A stretch of DNA of 64,000 nt, taken from NCBI RefSeq assembly GCF_001194135.2, contig NC_068983.1, positions 89,615,911-89,679,910 on the forward strand. The letters run 5' to 3'. Positions 11,523 to 23,610 of the stretch are shown piece by piece. The notes under the pieces are model-generated. The model was not told the origin of the DNA, searched no databases, and worked only from the letters and a program-made list of their open reading frames with translations. A program made the position numbers and the translations under genes. The number at the start of each line of letters is the position of its first letter. The stretch's first letter is position 1. This DNA is from Octopus bimaculoides (lineage: Eukaryota).

Positions 11523-13385
11523 TATAGGAAAGTGGGTTATACATCATTAGATGTACACCTGACTTTCCTATATTAAATTAAGAATTTGAAGGAACACTGA
11601 ACTCCAAACTATCAACACAAACAATATTTATTCATGGTGGAAAATATACATCTTTAATCTTGTTTGTTGAGACGTCTTCGGTGTGTGAGAACATGGTTGT
11701 TGGGATGTTGCTATATTGATGTGAGCTGTCTAGCGTGAGTTCGAAAGATGGAGAGACAGCTAGACACGTCCTTGCTCAATCGCTGGCCAGCAAGAAAGAG
11801 ATCGATCAAAGCGGGAAAGCTTGGCTGTTGAATTCCACGCATGCGTGAGACTACGCATGCGCACAGCGTTACTACAGGGCTCCCCTTGCCAGTGTGGAAC
11901 GCACGATAATATAATTTTTTTGTTGGAACGCCTGAGGCAGGATGGCCACTGAAAACCACCCACAAGATGTAGCACANNNNNNNNNNNNNNNNNNNNNNNN
12001 NNNNNNNNNNNNNNNNNNNNNNNNNNNNNNNNNNNNNNNNNNNNNNNNNNNNNNNNNNNNNNNNNNNNNNNNNNNNNNNNNNNNNNNNNNNNNNNNNNNN
12101 NNNNNNNNNNNNNNNNNNNNNNNNNNNNNNNNNNNNNNNNNNNNNNNNNNNNNNNNNNNNNNNNNNNNNNNNNNNNNNNNNNNNNNNNNNNNNNNNNNNN
12201 NNNNNNNNNNNNNNNNNNNNNNNNNNNNNNNNNNNNNNNNNNNNNNNNNNNNNNNNNNNNNNNNNNNNNNNNNNNNNNNNNNNNNNNNNNNNNNNNNNNN
12301 NNNNNNNNNNNNNNNNNNNNNNNNNNNNNNNNNNNNNNNNNNNNNNNNNNNNNNNNNNNNNNNNNNNNNNNNNNNNNNNNNNNNNNNNNNNNNNNNNNNN
12401 NNNNNNNNNNNNNNNNNNNNNNNNNNNNNNNNNNNNNNNNNNNNNNNNNNNNNNNNNNNNNNNNNNNNNNNNNNNNNNNNNNNNNNNNNNNNNNNNNNNN
12501 NNNNNNNNNNNNNNNNNNNNNNNNNNNNNNNNNNNNNNNNNNNNNNNNNNNNNNNNNNNNNNNNNNNNNNNNNNNNNNNNNNNNNNNNNNNNNNNNNNNN
12601 NNNNNNNNNNNNNNNNNNNNNNNNNNNNNNNNNNNNNNNNNNNNNNNNNNNNNNNNNNTACACGTGAGAGTTTTATACCAAGTTCTTGAGTACACAATTG
12701 GAAGTATCGCAGGCTGTAATTCTTGTCTGTTTATTATCGTGGTGAAGCTAAGTCACCTAACAGAATCGAAGAGAGAGATTTGCCGCGGTGGTTTAGTTTG
12801 GTGTACATAGTAAGTCGTGTTGACTATGGTTGGAGATGTTGGTGGTCATCGTTGCTTGGTAGTTCAGTCTCCATGGCCGCATTTGTTCTTTAGTCGGAGT
12901 CACCAGTTATAGGTTGGTAGTCCAGAATCCATGGCCGCGTTTGTTTCTTAGTCGGGGTCACCACTTTATAGGAATAGTGGTTATGTAGCTCAGCGGGCTG
13001 CGTGTTCGAATCACGTCGGAGGGTCACCACTATATAGGAAAGTGGGTTATACATCATTAGATGTACACCTGACTTTCCTATATTAAATTAGGAATTAACG
13101 GAATGCTCAACTCCAAACTATCAACACAAACAATATTTATTCATGGTGGAAAATATACATCTTTAATCTTGTTTGTTGAGACGTCTTCAGTGTGTGAGAA
13201 CATGGTTGTTGGGACGTTGGTATATTGATGTGAGCTGTCTAGCGTGAGTTCGAAAGATGGAGAGACAGCTAGACACGTCCTTGCTCAATCGCTGGCCAGC
13301 AAGAAAGAGATCGATCAAAGCGGGAAAGCTTGGTTGTTGAATTCCACGCATGCATGAGACTACGCATGCACACAGCGTTACTACA
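11523..13385 (-). mobile_element. Small LTR retroelement (TRIM/LARD-like or gap-collapsed Gypsy) with ~354-bp LTRs at 11523-11876 and 13033-13385
   Basis: Direct repeats differing at roughly a dozen sites. Minus-strand LTR starts TGTAG and ends CTATA. 4-bp TSD ACTT (11519-11522 and 13386-13389). PPT GGCAAGGGGAGCCC next to the 3' LTR, PBS next to the 5' LTR. About 680 N internally, no coding sequence visible. Confidence 0.88.
12996..13029 (-). other. Primer-binding site complementary to the tRNA-Trp(CCA) 3' end, unusually extended
   Basis: Plus strand GGCTGCGTGTTCGAATCACGTCGG(AG)GGTCACCA matches the metazoan tRNA-Trp 3' end including CCA as I recall it, with a 2-nt insertion. Lies 3 nt from the LTR end. 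Confidence 0.8.
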
Positions 13386-13467
13386 ACTTTTATCTGGTAT
13401 CTGAAGATTGCAAATATAGTCATGACTTGCATATAATATGGCCAACTACAACTCTCATCCATTACAC

Positions 13468-15001
13468 CAGGGGTCACCAAACTACAGCCTGTGGGCTGGA
13501 TTCAGCTCATCCAGCCTGCTGCCACACTGCACCTTTTGTGTAAGTACCTGCAATGAGAGTTCATTCCTGCAGTGATCATATTTTAACTTGCATTGCTGTG
13601 TTTAAACATTCTCTTCGTGAGAAAGTTTGCTGAACTTCTTGTGGTATTCTCTGGTGCTGGATGAGTCTACTGATCTCTCAAGTACATCACAGCTTCTTGT
13701 GTTCATTCATGATGTTAATTTGAGCTTTCAGATCACAGAAGAGTTGGCATCTGTTTGCAGCATTCACACAACAACTGGAGAAGACAGCTTCAATGTGTTA
13801 CAGTTGATGGAGAAAAAGATATGGCTAGAGTGAGGAAGATCAGGACTAAGTTGGGAGATCTTCAACTCCCGAGCACTCAGTTTATATATTGCATTATACA
13901 TCAGCAAGCACTCTGTGGGAAAGACTTAGATATTTCTTGTGTACTGAAACCAGTCATTTCTGAGGTGAACTTCATTTGGAGTCATGCACTCAATCACTGC
14001 CAGTTCCAGGCTTTTCTTGAAGAAATTGATTCTGAATTCTGTGCAGTAAAGTCCTGTTTTGTTTTTATAAACTCTGAAGAAAAATAGATATTTCCTTCAC
14101 TGAAAAGGATAGAGCTGATTCATTTCGGTTAGATCCTACCTGGCTGTAAAAGTTGTCATTTTTGGTTGACATCATATCCCACATGAATGAGTTGAACTTG
14201 AAACTTTAGGTAAAGGATAAACCTTATCTGTGATCTCTACAGAATCATCAAAGGATTTCAGAGAAAGCTACCATTGTTTGAAGCACAATTGGAAGGAGGA
14301 AACTTCTTACTTTTTAAGTGTTCAAAGCATTTTGGGCTGGAATCACAGATGTCAACCTTGAGCTCCAAAGAAGATTATCTGTAATTTTGGAGTGATTTTC
14401 AAATTTCAACAAAATTGAGTGACATTCTTCTGATCCAGAATCCATTTGATTGTAACTTTGATGATGTACCAGTTGAACTACAGTTGGCACTCATTGATTT
14501 GCAAGCAAATGACTTGTTGAAAGAGAAGCATAGAGAAGGAAACCTTGTAGAATTTTATCACTGATTATCTGATGATGAGCTTTCAAGTTTGAAGAAATTT
14601 GCCTCTGGCATGGCATCAGTGTTTGGAACAACTTATGTCTGTGAAGTCAGCACGTCGAACGAGGTTAACTGATGAACATTTGAAAGCAATTCTCTTGGTT
14701 GGATGCAGCAATTTCAAAGCAAATATTGATAATATCTTAAAAGCTAAACACCAGTTTCACACATCTCACTAACCTTTTTTGCTGTTTAGTTTATGACATT
14801 CGGGCATGTGTGCACTGGGTGTGATATAATTATCTTATTGCTAACGTTGCCTTCTTTGATAACTTTTTGGTAAATAAATATGTTGGTTGTTTTTATTTTT
14901 TGTGTATTCACTGTAGTGTATTGAACAAAATGGTTATGCGGCTGATGCTCATGATTCTTTCAGTTATCTGGCCCACTGTGTAAAAAGTTTGGTGACCCCT
15001 G
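13468..15001 (+). mobile_element. hAT transposon (Charlie/SPIN/GTF2IRD2-like), internally deleted and degenerate
   Basis: TIR caggggtcaccaaact / agtttggtgacccctg, degenerate 8-bp TSD (cattacac / tacttcac). Motifs SLVLDESTDLSSTSQL, TVDG, CIIHQQALCGK. Confidence 0.88.
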
Positions 15002-15242
15002 TACTTCACTAATACCATAAATAATTATGAGGTATCACATTAGGTGCTATAAAGCACTTTTGTATAGCTATAAATTCACTAAACCACTGCACTGTCAATT
15101 GTGAAATACCACTGTTTTGCTCCCAGTAATATACCATTACTACAAAAATGTAAGGTCCTGTATTGTAAAGAACATCCAAAAAAATTAATAAATAATTACT
15201 TAGCTTTCATACCCATTCTACAGCCAGACAAAAAATTCTTAC

Positions 15243-15361
15243 CAACATCATCTTGTTTTTCCAAGCCAACAGCCTTGAGGACCTTGACACGAGTTAAAAG
15301 AACTGGCTCTCTTGAAAAGCATTGCCAAAAGCTCTTCATGGGTTGGTCATGGGTTAGTTGC
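15243..15361 (-). CDS. CAPN5: Calpain-5-like exon QLTHDQPMKSFWQCFSREPVLLTRVKVLKAVGLEKQDDV(G) (linker and start of C2 domain)
   Basis: Found manually. Acceptor ttttcttatag and donor GTAAGA. 119 nt, phase 2 to 1, exactly bridging the flanking exons. Confidence 0.88.
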
Positions 15362-16078
15362 CTATAAGAAAATTATAGATGTAAAGCATTTTCTACTGAT
15401 TTACATTTCAAAGTATATCTTGATTATCAGTATATATATCATATGTTTTCACAACACTATGTTCTTGTTTTCATGTTGCGTGTCAAAAGAAAGTCAATTT
15501 GACCATATCCATTCCTTTCAAGATCCCTTACAATTTCCAGAAATTGAGATTTAAAGAGTGAAGGAAATGAAGTGAAATGGCCCAATCATCAAATTTAGAT
15601 CAGGAGAGCTAACCACAACTATTACTTGGAAAAATGCAAGCAAGAGAAATAATATTCTTAAGATAATAAACCTGGAATATAACAGGACAAGTTATTACAC
15701 TTAGAAAAGCTCAGGACAACTTAGCACATCTGGTAAAGTGCAGAACAAGAAAATTTTTACTTAAAATGTTGCAGCTAAGAATAAAATTTCAAATAAAATG
15801 TTTAGATTTAGAAAATATTAACTTTTATTAAAACTAAAAATTTCATTGCAAGTTATTACTTCTATTTGTTATTTCTATTAAAAATTAAAAATAACTCAAA
15901 ATATTTTTGCACGAGTTATTACCAAGTCTTCATATTTTTAGTCTTGACCCAATGTCTATTTTTTACATAATGAATTTGCCTGCCATATGTACTACTCTAC
16001 TTTGCATAAAACTTTAGCTATATTGGTTCTGGCTCTCCTTTTTTAAGTATTCCATTGTGTCAATATTTTAAGAAAATA

Positions 16079-16300
16079 AGGCAGCAAGCTGACAGAAATG
16101 TTAGCACACTAGGCAAAATGCTTGGTGGTATTTTGTCTGTTTTTATGTTCTGAGTTCAAATTCTGCCAAGGTCGACTTTGCCTTTCATCCTTTCAGGGTC
16201 AACAAATTAAGTACCAGTTGCATACTGGGGTCGATCTAATTGACTGGCCCCCTCCTCAAAAATTTTGGGCCTTGTGCCTAGAGTAGAAAAGAATATTTTA
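16079..16300 (+). mobile_element. tRNA-derived SINE (abundant family; related copies near 10070-10200, 58455-58665, 60350-60470, 62340-62470)
   Basis: Shared head with gagttcaaat B-box-like motif and central gtcgactttgcctttcatcctttc...taagtaccag block, repeated across the window. Confidence 0.75.
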
Positions 16301-17516
16301 ACAAAATGACAGTACCTGTTTTAATTATAATGTTACTTTGTAAATTAAAATCAAATAATTTTTAATATTCAAATTTTATCCTTAGCTGCAATATTTTAAT
16401 TAAAAATTTTCTTGTTCTGTACTTAACCAGATGTAAAAAGTTGTCCTGTAATTTTCCAGGTTTATAATCTTGAGAATATCATTTCTCTTGCTCGCATTTT
16501 TCCATGTAATCCATGTTTTTCCCAGGCTATGCTATTATGCTAATTAATAATGTGTCAATTAGAGTGTCGCTGATAATTTTTCCTTACCTCAATGACACCG
16601 GTGACATACATTAAAAGTCCCTTTATAGAACTATATTCATAAAAAAGTATAGAACTATATTATCATCCTCAAATTTGAGAAACAAACACTCATAACTTTT
16701 TCTTTCAAAACTTCATTACACGAGATTGATACCATGAAATTCCTCAAATTGAGCTCTATCATTAAAGCTTAATTAAAATATGGCTTATTTTTAAAATAAA
16801 AAAGTTAATTATGCTTAAGTCCAATTTTTTGCCCCATGTTTTTTTCATAATATTTTACCTCACAACTTTTCTGATACAAAGTTTTGTTGCATAGGAACAA
16901 AACTATGAAATTCTTCATGCTTTCTTCTATCATTGAAGCTAAGATAAATATATTTTGCTTTTAAAATAAAAAAGTTATTTAGATCTAAATTTGATTGGTG
17001 ATGTTACTTACTCTCCTATAACGTTGCTACAAATTTTGATGCAAACTTTTTTCTACTGGATGAAATCTCAATCTTTTTATTTCAAAATGTACCTAAGGAC
17101 CAGTCCTCTTCAAAAATGATAACAATTTTCAATTTGGTTAAGAACTGAATTAGTGGCAAGCCTTGAAAAGTGCTGCACATGAGTAAATTGCGACCTTAAG
17201 AATATTATTCAACTACTACCATAGTTGAATGATGCCAGCAATCCATTACCAGTTTATTAATCATTGATACCTACTTTCAATCCCTCCATCTGCCAATCTA
17301 GTCATCTATCCAATCATGCCTGCCTGCCACACCTGTCTGTTTTCCAGGCCTGTTTGCCATACAAGTTATACATGGAGATGAGGCAAAATTTGGTTTTAAA
17401 ACATACTCTAACCCCTTCCTTCAGTAATAAAAAGAACTATTAAATAAGCAAAAACATTTTTTTTTTAACTATTGAAAAGTAAAAAAAAAAAGCTAAAGAA
17501 AGCAACAATTACTTAC

Positions 17517-17719
17517 TTAAAAGAATTGTCTGAAGATGTATATACTCGCAGTAAAAAGCTTCCTTCAATGTCAGGTTTAAATGTGCATGGGATAATTACA
17601 TAACGGCCCTTTTTCAGAGTGTCTCTAAAAAATATAGAGCGGCTGTTTCGAAAAACGGTACTATTCAATACTTCTTGATAAAAGAGATTGTGAATACGAT
17701 AACGACGGTTCTCTTCAAC
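17517..17719 (-). CDS. CAPN5: Calpain-5-like exon VEENRRYRIH...GRYVIIPCTFKPDIEGSFLLRVYT (domain III)
   Basis: G.YVIIP.TF.P...G.FLLRV calpain domain III motif. CAG acceptor and GTAAGT donor. 203 nt, phase 0 to 2. Confidence 0.94.
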
Positions 17720-17929
17720 CTGTTTAAGCAGAGATTTACGTGGAAGCAAACAGAAAGAACATAATGTGTTATTGAAACTGAAATGAAGAGACTTTGCTAA
17801 AGCAAGTTAAATTTTTCATGGGGCAAATAGACTAGGGTATAAACAAGGAAAACTAGCAACTCACAAATTGTGATATTTTCTAATGGTGGTTCGTTTTTAT
17901 AAAGTTAGGACTCTTAATTCTCTCTCTCT

Positions 17930-18130
17930 CATCATTATTATCTTTTAACATCCATCTTCCATGCTTGGGATGGGTTGGATGGTTCAATAGGATCCAACAG
18001 GTCTACAGACTGTATCATGCTCCAATGTCTGCCAACCACTTTACAGAGTGTACTGGGTGCTATTTTCATGACACCCACACTAATGAGGTTGCTATGCAAG
18101 TTACAAGTCTATGTTCACCTTCAAGTGAAT
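17930..18130 (-). mobile_element. RTE-family 3' tail fragment
   Basis: Degenerate (cat)n tail followed by ccatgct..gatgggttgga block, shared with 19504, 31042 and 40700. Confidence 0.6.
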
Positions 18131-18229
18131 AGGGCTACAGCAGTGAGGGAGGCAGCTTTATGCTAGAAGATGTAGGGTTAAACTATGAAAGAAAAGACCC
18201 TGAATCAAGGGTACAATCAATCAGTTGTT

Positions 18230-18815
18230 GACCTGAGCCCCCACTGGTCAAGGCCATCAACTGTGCAATTGTTTTCATACTGTCTTTACATACATCAATA
18301 TATTCCATTCACTCTTACCTCCCATCTATCTTCTCGATGAAACAGAAACTCATCTTCAACTTCTGTATTCTACTTTCTGACACCACAATCTCTCTAATCT
18401 TTACTGCACTTCCACTCCTCACCTTTAAAAATGATAAGAACCTTGAAAATCTCCTTGTAAGAAGCTACACACTATCCAACCCCACACAACTGGACATTTT
18501 TAAATGTGTACACTGACAAGGCAACAGCTACCCCTCCATTAACAATACTACTACTACCATCGTTGGTCCCAAGACACAATATCATATTACTCAGAACTTC
18601 TGTTGCACATCATCTAACCTTATATACTACATCATATGCAAACTTTGAGACACCCTTAACATTGAGGAAACTGGCCTACTTTAACATTAAAAGTCATTCT
18701 ATTGTTCATTTATCAGCATGCAGCATTGCCACACACCGAGGATCCACATTCTCAAGGAAACAGAAGGAAGAACATTTCATATTCAAGCTTGGCACCATGA
18801 CACCAAGTTAAATTG
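18230..18815 (+). mobile_element. Penelope-like element, GIY-YIG C-terminal fragment
   Basis: KNDKNLENLLVRS, CCTSSNLIY, HRGSTFSRKQKEEHFIFKLGTMTP resemble the PLE endonuclease C-terminus. Confidence 0.65.
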
Positions 18816-19236
18816 AACATTTTTCCATAAGCCCTTTCTTATCCTTCAATTCCCATCTCACATTTTTTGCCATTCTCCTCATTTTCAACTTTGCCTGTTT
18901 TTCCTCATTCCATTGCTATTTCCTTCTCCCTTTTTACACTATTTCTTCTACCACTTCTTCTTTACATATGAAGCTCATGTGGTCCTGTATTTTTTATCAG
19001 TTGCAGCCAGTTTGTTTTTTAACTTAGAGGATGTGTATATGTGATAACCATGTGTATGTATGTATGTATATGCACACACACACACACACTCACAAAGTAA
19101 AATTGATAAAGAATACAATAACCATTTTTAACTTAGAGGATGTAAAACTGCTCTTATTTAGTTCTCTCCTTTCAATTTTTCCCTGAAGAGGGATACTATC
19201 TGAAATGTTGGATTTTCTGCTCTTTATTGATTTTAC

Positions 19237-19297
<61 letters not shown>

Positions 19298-19503
19298 GGA
19301 GGCCTCAAAAGACATTTTAAGATCCACAAAGATCAGAACTTATCTGCAGCTCATGGTGGTCCAAATCAGAAATGCAATCGATGTGGATGTCTTTTCAAAA
19401 CATTGTCTAGTTTAAAAAGCCACATCAATTGCCATGATGGTTCTAAGGTGAAGGTACAGGAGATGGTCAAACTCTGCATAAGGGGTAGACAACCACCATA
19501 TAT

Positions 19504-21036
19504 ATCATCATCATCATCATCATCATCATCGTTTAACGTCCACCTTCCATGCTAGCATGGGTTGGACGATTTGACTGAGGACTTGTGAAACCGGATGGCA
19601 ACACCAGGCTCCAATCTAATTTGGCAGAGTTTCTACAGCTGGATGCCCTTCCTAACGCCAACCACTCAGAGAGTGTAGTGGGTGCTTTTACGTGTCACCC
19701 ACATGAAGGCCAGTCAGGTGGTACTGGCAACGGCCACGCTCGAAATGGTGTCTTTTATGTGCCACCCGCACAAAAGCCAGTCCAGGGGAACTGGCAACGA
19801 TCTCGCTCGAAAACCCTACGAAGGCCAGTCAGGCGGCACTGGCAACGGTCATGCTCAAAATGGTGCATCTTNNNNNNNNNNNNNNNNNNNNNNNNNNNNN
19901 NNNNNNNNNNNNNNNNNNNNNNNNNNNNNNNNNNNNNNNNNNNNNNNNNNNNNNNNNNNNNNNNNNNNNNNNNNNNNNNNNNNNNNNNNNNNNNNACACA
20001 AGAGCCAGTCCAGGGGCCCTGGCAACGATCTCACTTGGCTTGCAGGGTCTTCTCACGCACAGTACATATATATCGTCGTCATCGTTTAACGTCTGCTTTC
20101 CATGCTAGCATGGGTTGGACGATCTGACTGAGGACTGGTGGAACCACATGGCTACACCAGGCTCCAATCCGATCTGGCAGCGCTTCCACAGCTGGATGCC
20201 CCTCCTAACGCCAACCACTCAGAGAGTGTAGTGGGTGCTTTTACGTGTCACCCGCATGAAGGCCAGTCAGGCGGTACTGGCAACGGCCACGTTCATCTCG
20301 CTCGAGAAACCTCATGTGTCACCCGCACAAGAGCCAGTCCAGGGGCACCAGCAACGATCTTGCTCNNNNNNNNNNNNNNNNNNNNNNNNNNNNNNNNNNN
20401 NNNNNNNNNNNNNNNNNNNNNNNNNNNNNNNNNNNNNNNNNNNNNNNNNNNNNNNNNNNNNNNNNNNNNNNNNNNNNNNNNNNNNNNNNNNNNNNNNNNN
20501 NNNNNNNNNNNNNNNNNNNNNNNNNNNNNNNNNNNNNNNNNNNNNNNNNNNNNNNNNNNNNNNNNNNNNNNNNNNNNNNNNNNNNNNNNNNNNNNNNNNN
20601 NNNNNNNNNNNNNNNNNNNNNNNNNNNNNNNNNNNNNNNNNNNNNNNNNNNNNNNNNNNNNNNNNNNNNNNNNNNNNNNNNNNNNNNNNNNNNNNNNNNN
20701 NNNNNNNNNNNNNNNNNNNNNNNNNNNNNNNNNNNNNNNNNNNNNNNNNNNNNNNNNNNNNNNNNNNNNNNNNNNNNNNNNNNNNNNNNNNNNNNNNNNN
20801 NNNNNNNNNNNNNNNNNNNNNNNNNNNNNNNNNNNNNNNNNNNNNNNNNNNNNNNNNNNNNNNNNNNNNNNNNNNNNNNNNNNNNNNNNNNNNNNNNNNN
20901 NNNNNNNNNNNNNNNNNNNNNNNNNNNNNNNNNNNNNNNNNNNNNNNNNNNNNNNNNNNNNNNNNNNNNNNCGAAAATACCTCATGTGTCACCCGCACAA
21001 GAGCCGGCCCAGGGGCACCGGCAACGATCTTGCTCG

Positions 21037-21037
<1 letters not shown>
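19504..21037 (-). mobile_element. Two head-to-tail RTE 3' ends containing a ~60-bp minisatellite; gaps fall inside the arrays
   Basis: catcatc..tttaacgtc..ccatgctagcatgggttggacg block at 19504 and about 20075. Repeated unit cctcatgtgtcacccgcacaagagccagtccaggggcaccagcaacgatcttgctcgaaa. Confidence 0.8.
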
Positions 21038-21119
<82 letters not shown>

Positions 21120-21189
21120 CATGTATGTGTGTGAGTATATGTGTGTATGTGTGTATATATATATATATGTACTATATTAAATCTCTGAG

Positions 21190-21244
<55 letters not shown>

Positions 21245-22346
21245 TAAATACTTGCTTGTATATAGTTGCAGACAATGCTGTGTGATAAAGGAATTTGCTT
21301 CTCAACCACATGGTTTTAAGTTGATTCCCATTGTGTAGCTCTTTAAGTAACTATACTTGAGAAAATCCATCATTCACAGAAAAAGGAGGTCTTAAAAGTA
21401 TTGTGTTTATGCTTGTATGTGCTGGGCTCTGTGTGTGTACCCATTCTAGCTTGTCATGCATTAACCACATCTCATCTCTCTAACACCCACCCTTCCATCA
21501 CATTTCTATTTAAAGCATCACTTAGCTGTAATCACTGTCATTCACAGCTACATTCTTCTTCCCCTGAAATCATTTTCATCCCTCATTCTCCTCATTAACC
21601 CTTCCCACACTATTTTCACCCTGATCACCTTTGTCACACCTCATCTATAACATCTCTCATATCAACAGTCATTCACAATACCTTCTCCTAACTGCCACCA
21701 CACCCTACTCACTGTAGCCACCCTTATATACCTCTACATTTCCCTCCCAATCATTCCTACACCTTCTGATCTATCTTACTTCTTGAGCCACTTCTAGCTT
21801 TCTGAACTTACTTCACACTGATATTTCCATCAGTCACACCTCCACCTTTGTTCACCAATTCCCACATTCAACTGGACCCTCATCTCTAGCCATCTGTTAT
21901 TTTCCTCTCAAGCTCTTATGAAATTACTCATCCTCCCACTTCCTAATTTGTTGTTGTTATCTTCTCTCATGCTCACCTTTTCATACCTTGAAAGTTTGCT
22001 CTGACACACTATCACCATCCTTATCACTATCCTTATTACTCCTACTCACCTTTATTTAATAGTGGTTGTCATGTATCTTCTCAACAGCAAGGCACTTTTG
22101 ATCATTCCTCTATCACACTTTTGCCTCTCAACACTAGCATATGGCCACACACCCACCTCAAATATTCTCTCTACTTAGTTGAAGGAGTTTTTTGTCCGGT
22201 TTCATGAATAGGAGGGGAAAAAGAGGTAGGAAAAGAAAGAAGGGAAGAGAAGAAGAAAAGAAAGGCACTAATACAGGGGAGGAGTTGAGGCAAAAGGCCA
22301 AGAAAGGGAAAAGATACTGAAAGAAACAATAGCATCAGTAACTTAC

Positions 22347-22460
22347 TTTAATTACTGTACATCCAATAGTTTCATTGTCATCTCCCAATTTTGTTCGAGA
22401 TGTTTTCTGCATCAGCTGCACCATGACTTCATCCTCGTCTTCAGAAACATCAAAGGCATA
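22347..22460 (-). CDS. CAPN5: Calpain-5-like exon YAFDVSEDEDEVMVQLMQKTSRTKLGDDNETIGCTVIK (domain III)
   Basis: Found manually. Acceptor aactccag and donor GTAAGT. 114 nt, phase 0 to 0, open and continuous with the NPQ and VEENR exons. Confidence 0.9.
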
Positions 22461-23059
22461 CTGGAGTTTTTGAAAAAACAACAATAATGATTAGAACCAG
22501 AACAATTACAACAGCAGCAATCAGGACTGGATTTAAACCATAGGGTCCCAGGGCACTTCAAATTTGGTGAGCCCCTTCATGCACAAGAATTAAAATTTTG
22601 GAAAAATTAGCAAATTTGTATCTCAAAATCCATCTATTGCATGTAATTGTATTTGACAAGGTAGCAGAGAAAGTTTAAATAAACGACTGAAAATGTCACC
22701 TTATAGATACACTTTTCAAAATTCAAATTTTTTTTTCTCACACATTCACCTGCAGTGTTTAACTTACCCTTCATTGTGAAATGTACAATGAAGGAGGGTA
22801 GAGTGGGTAAGATTTTTTTTCTTTAACACAAGTTACAAATGTTTCAGAATGTAGAATACGATGACAGAAAATTACGAAAAAGAAAAATAAATCATTTTAT
22901 TGGTTGTTGTTCCAAAAGTGTGATTGTGTGAGGGGAGAGACAAGCATTGAAAAGACATGGATTTTTTAAACTTTTGTTTTAAAAAAGCTTCCCTTCGTTG
23001 TTTTGCAATGCATGGAAAAAAAGAGAAAATCCTGACAAAATTTGGGAAATTCCATCATA

Positions 23060-23610
23060 TATGGGACAGTTATTCCAAAAGAATTCTGTTTCTCCATCAA
23101 ATGACAATATACGAGTTCTGGTCTTTTGGTAGGTCTTTGCAATAGCAAGAACTAGTTCTGGAATGCTATATGCTTCAATGATCTTCAATTTTGTAACAAT
23201 GGGTCCTATCAAACCTGTTGCTGAAGTCCACGATAGTTATGATGGCAGATAGTTATAATGCCTCAGGGCTAAGATCTGAGATGTTGTAGCTTATCCTGGT
23301 CTAAATCCATTTTGATTTGGTCTTAGATGGCTATCAAACACCTGTTGAAGATCATTCGGTTGATAACTTTGAGTGAGATATTGGACAGTGTAATTCCTCT
23401 GTAGTTAGTTTCACTACTGAGGTTTCTTGACTTTGGGATTGGCATCAAGTTAATCTTGGACCACTCATCTGGACTATCTTGGTTCTGCAAGAGCTTATTC
23501 ACACAATCCAGTATTATTTCATCCAAATTGCACCTCTAGATAACTTCAAGGGGAATTTCATCCAGGCCAGCAGCTTTTCCCTCTTTCAGTCAATTTTTGG
23601 CACTCTGAAT
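23060..23610 (-). mobile_element. Second RTE-like LINE family, inverted segment (RT N-terminal half)
   Basis: Minus strand reads LKEGKAAGLDEIP, NYRGITL, LRPNQNGFRPG, ...DGETEFF. Confidence 0.85.

Noticed and set aside
11711-12697. Long ORFs spanning N runs (also 1558-2661, 20138-21247 and others)
   Set aside because: Their length comes from translating N as X; no evidence of coding.
12996-13029. Possible tRNA-Trp gene
   Set aside because: Only the 3' half is present, it includes CCA, and it abuts an LTR. It is a PBS-type copy, not a gene.
12865-13038. CRISPR-like repeat-spacer appearance of the 59-66-bp units (also the ~60-bp units at 19.7-21.0 kb)
   Set aside because: Eukaryotic context, no cas genes, and the spacers are homologous to each other. 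Explained by PBS duplication and a LINE minisatellite.
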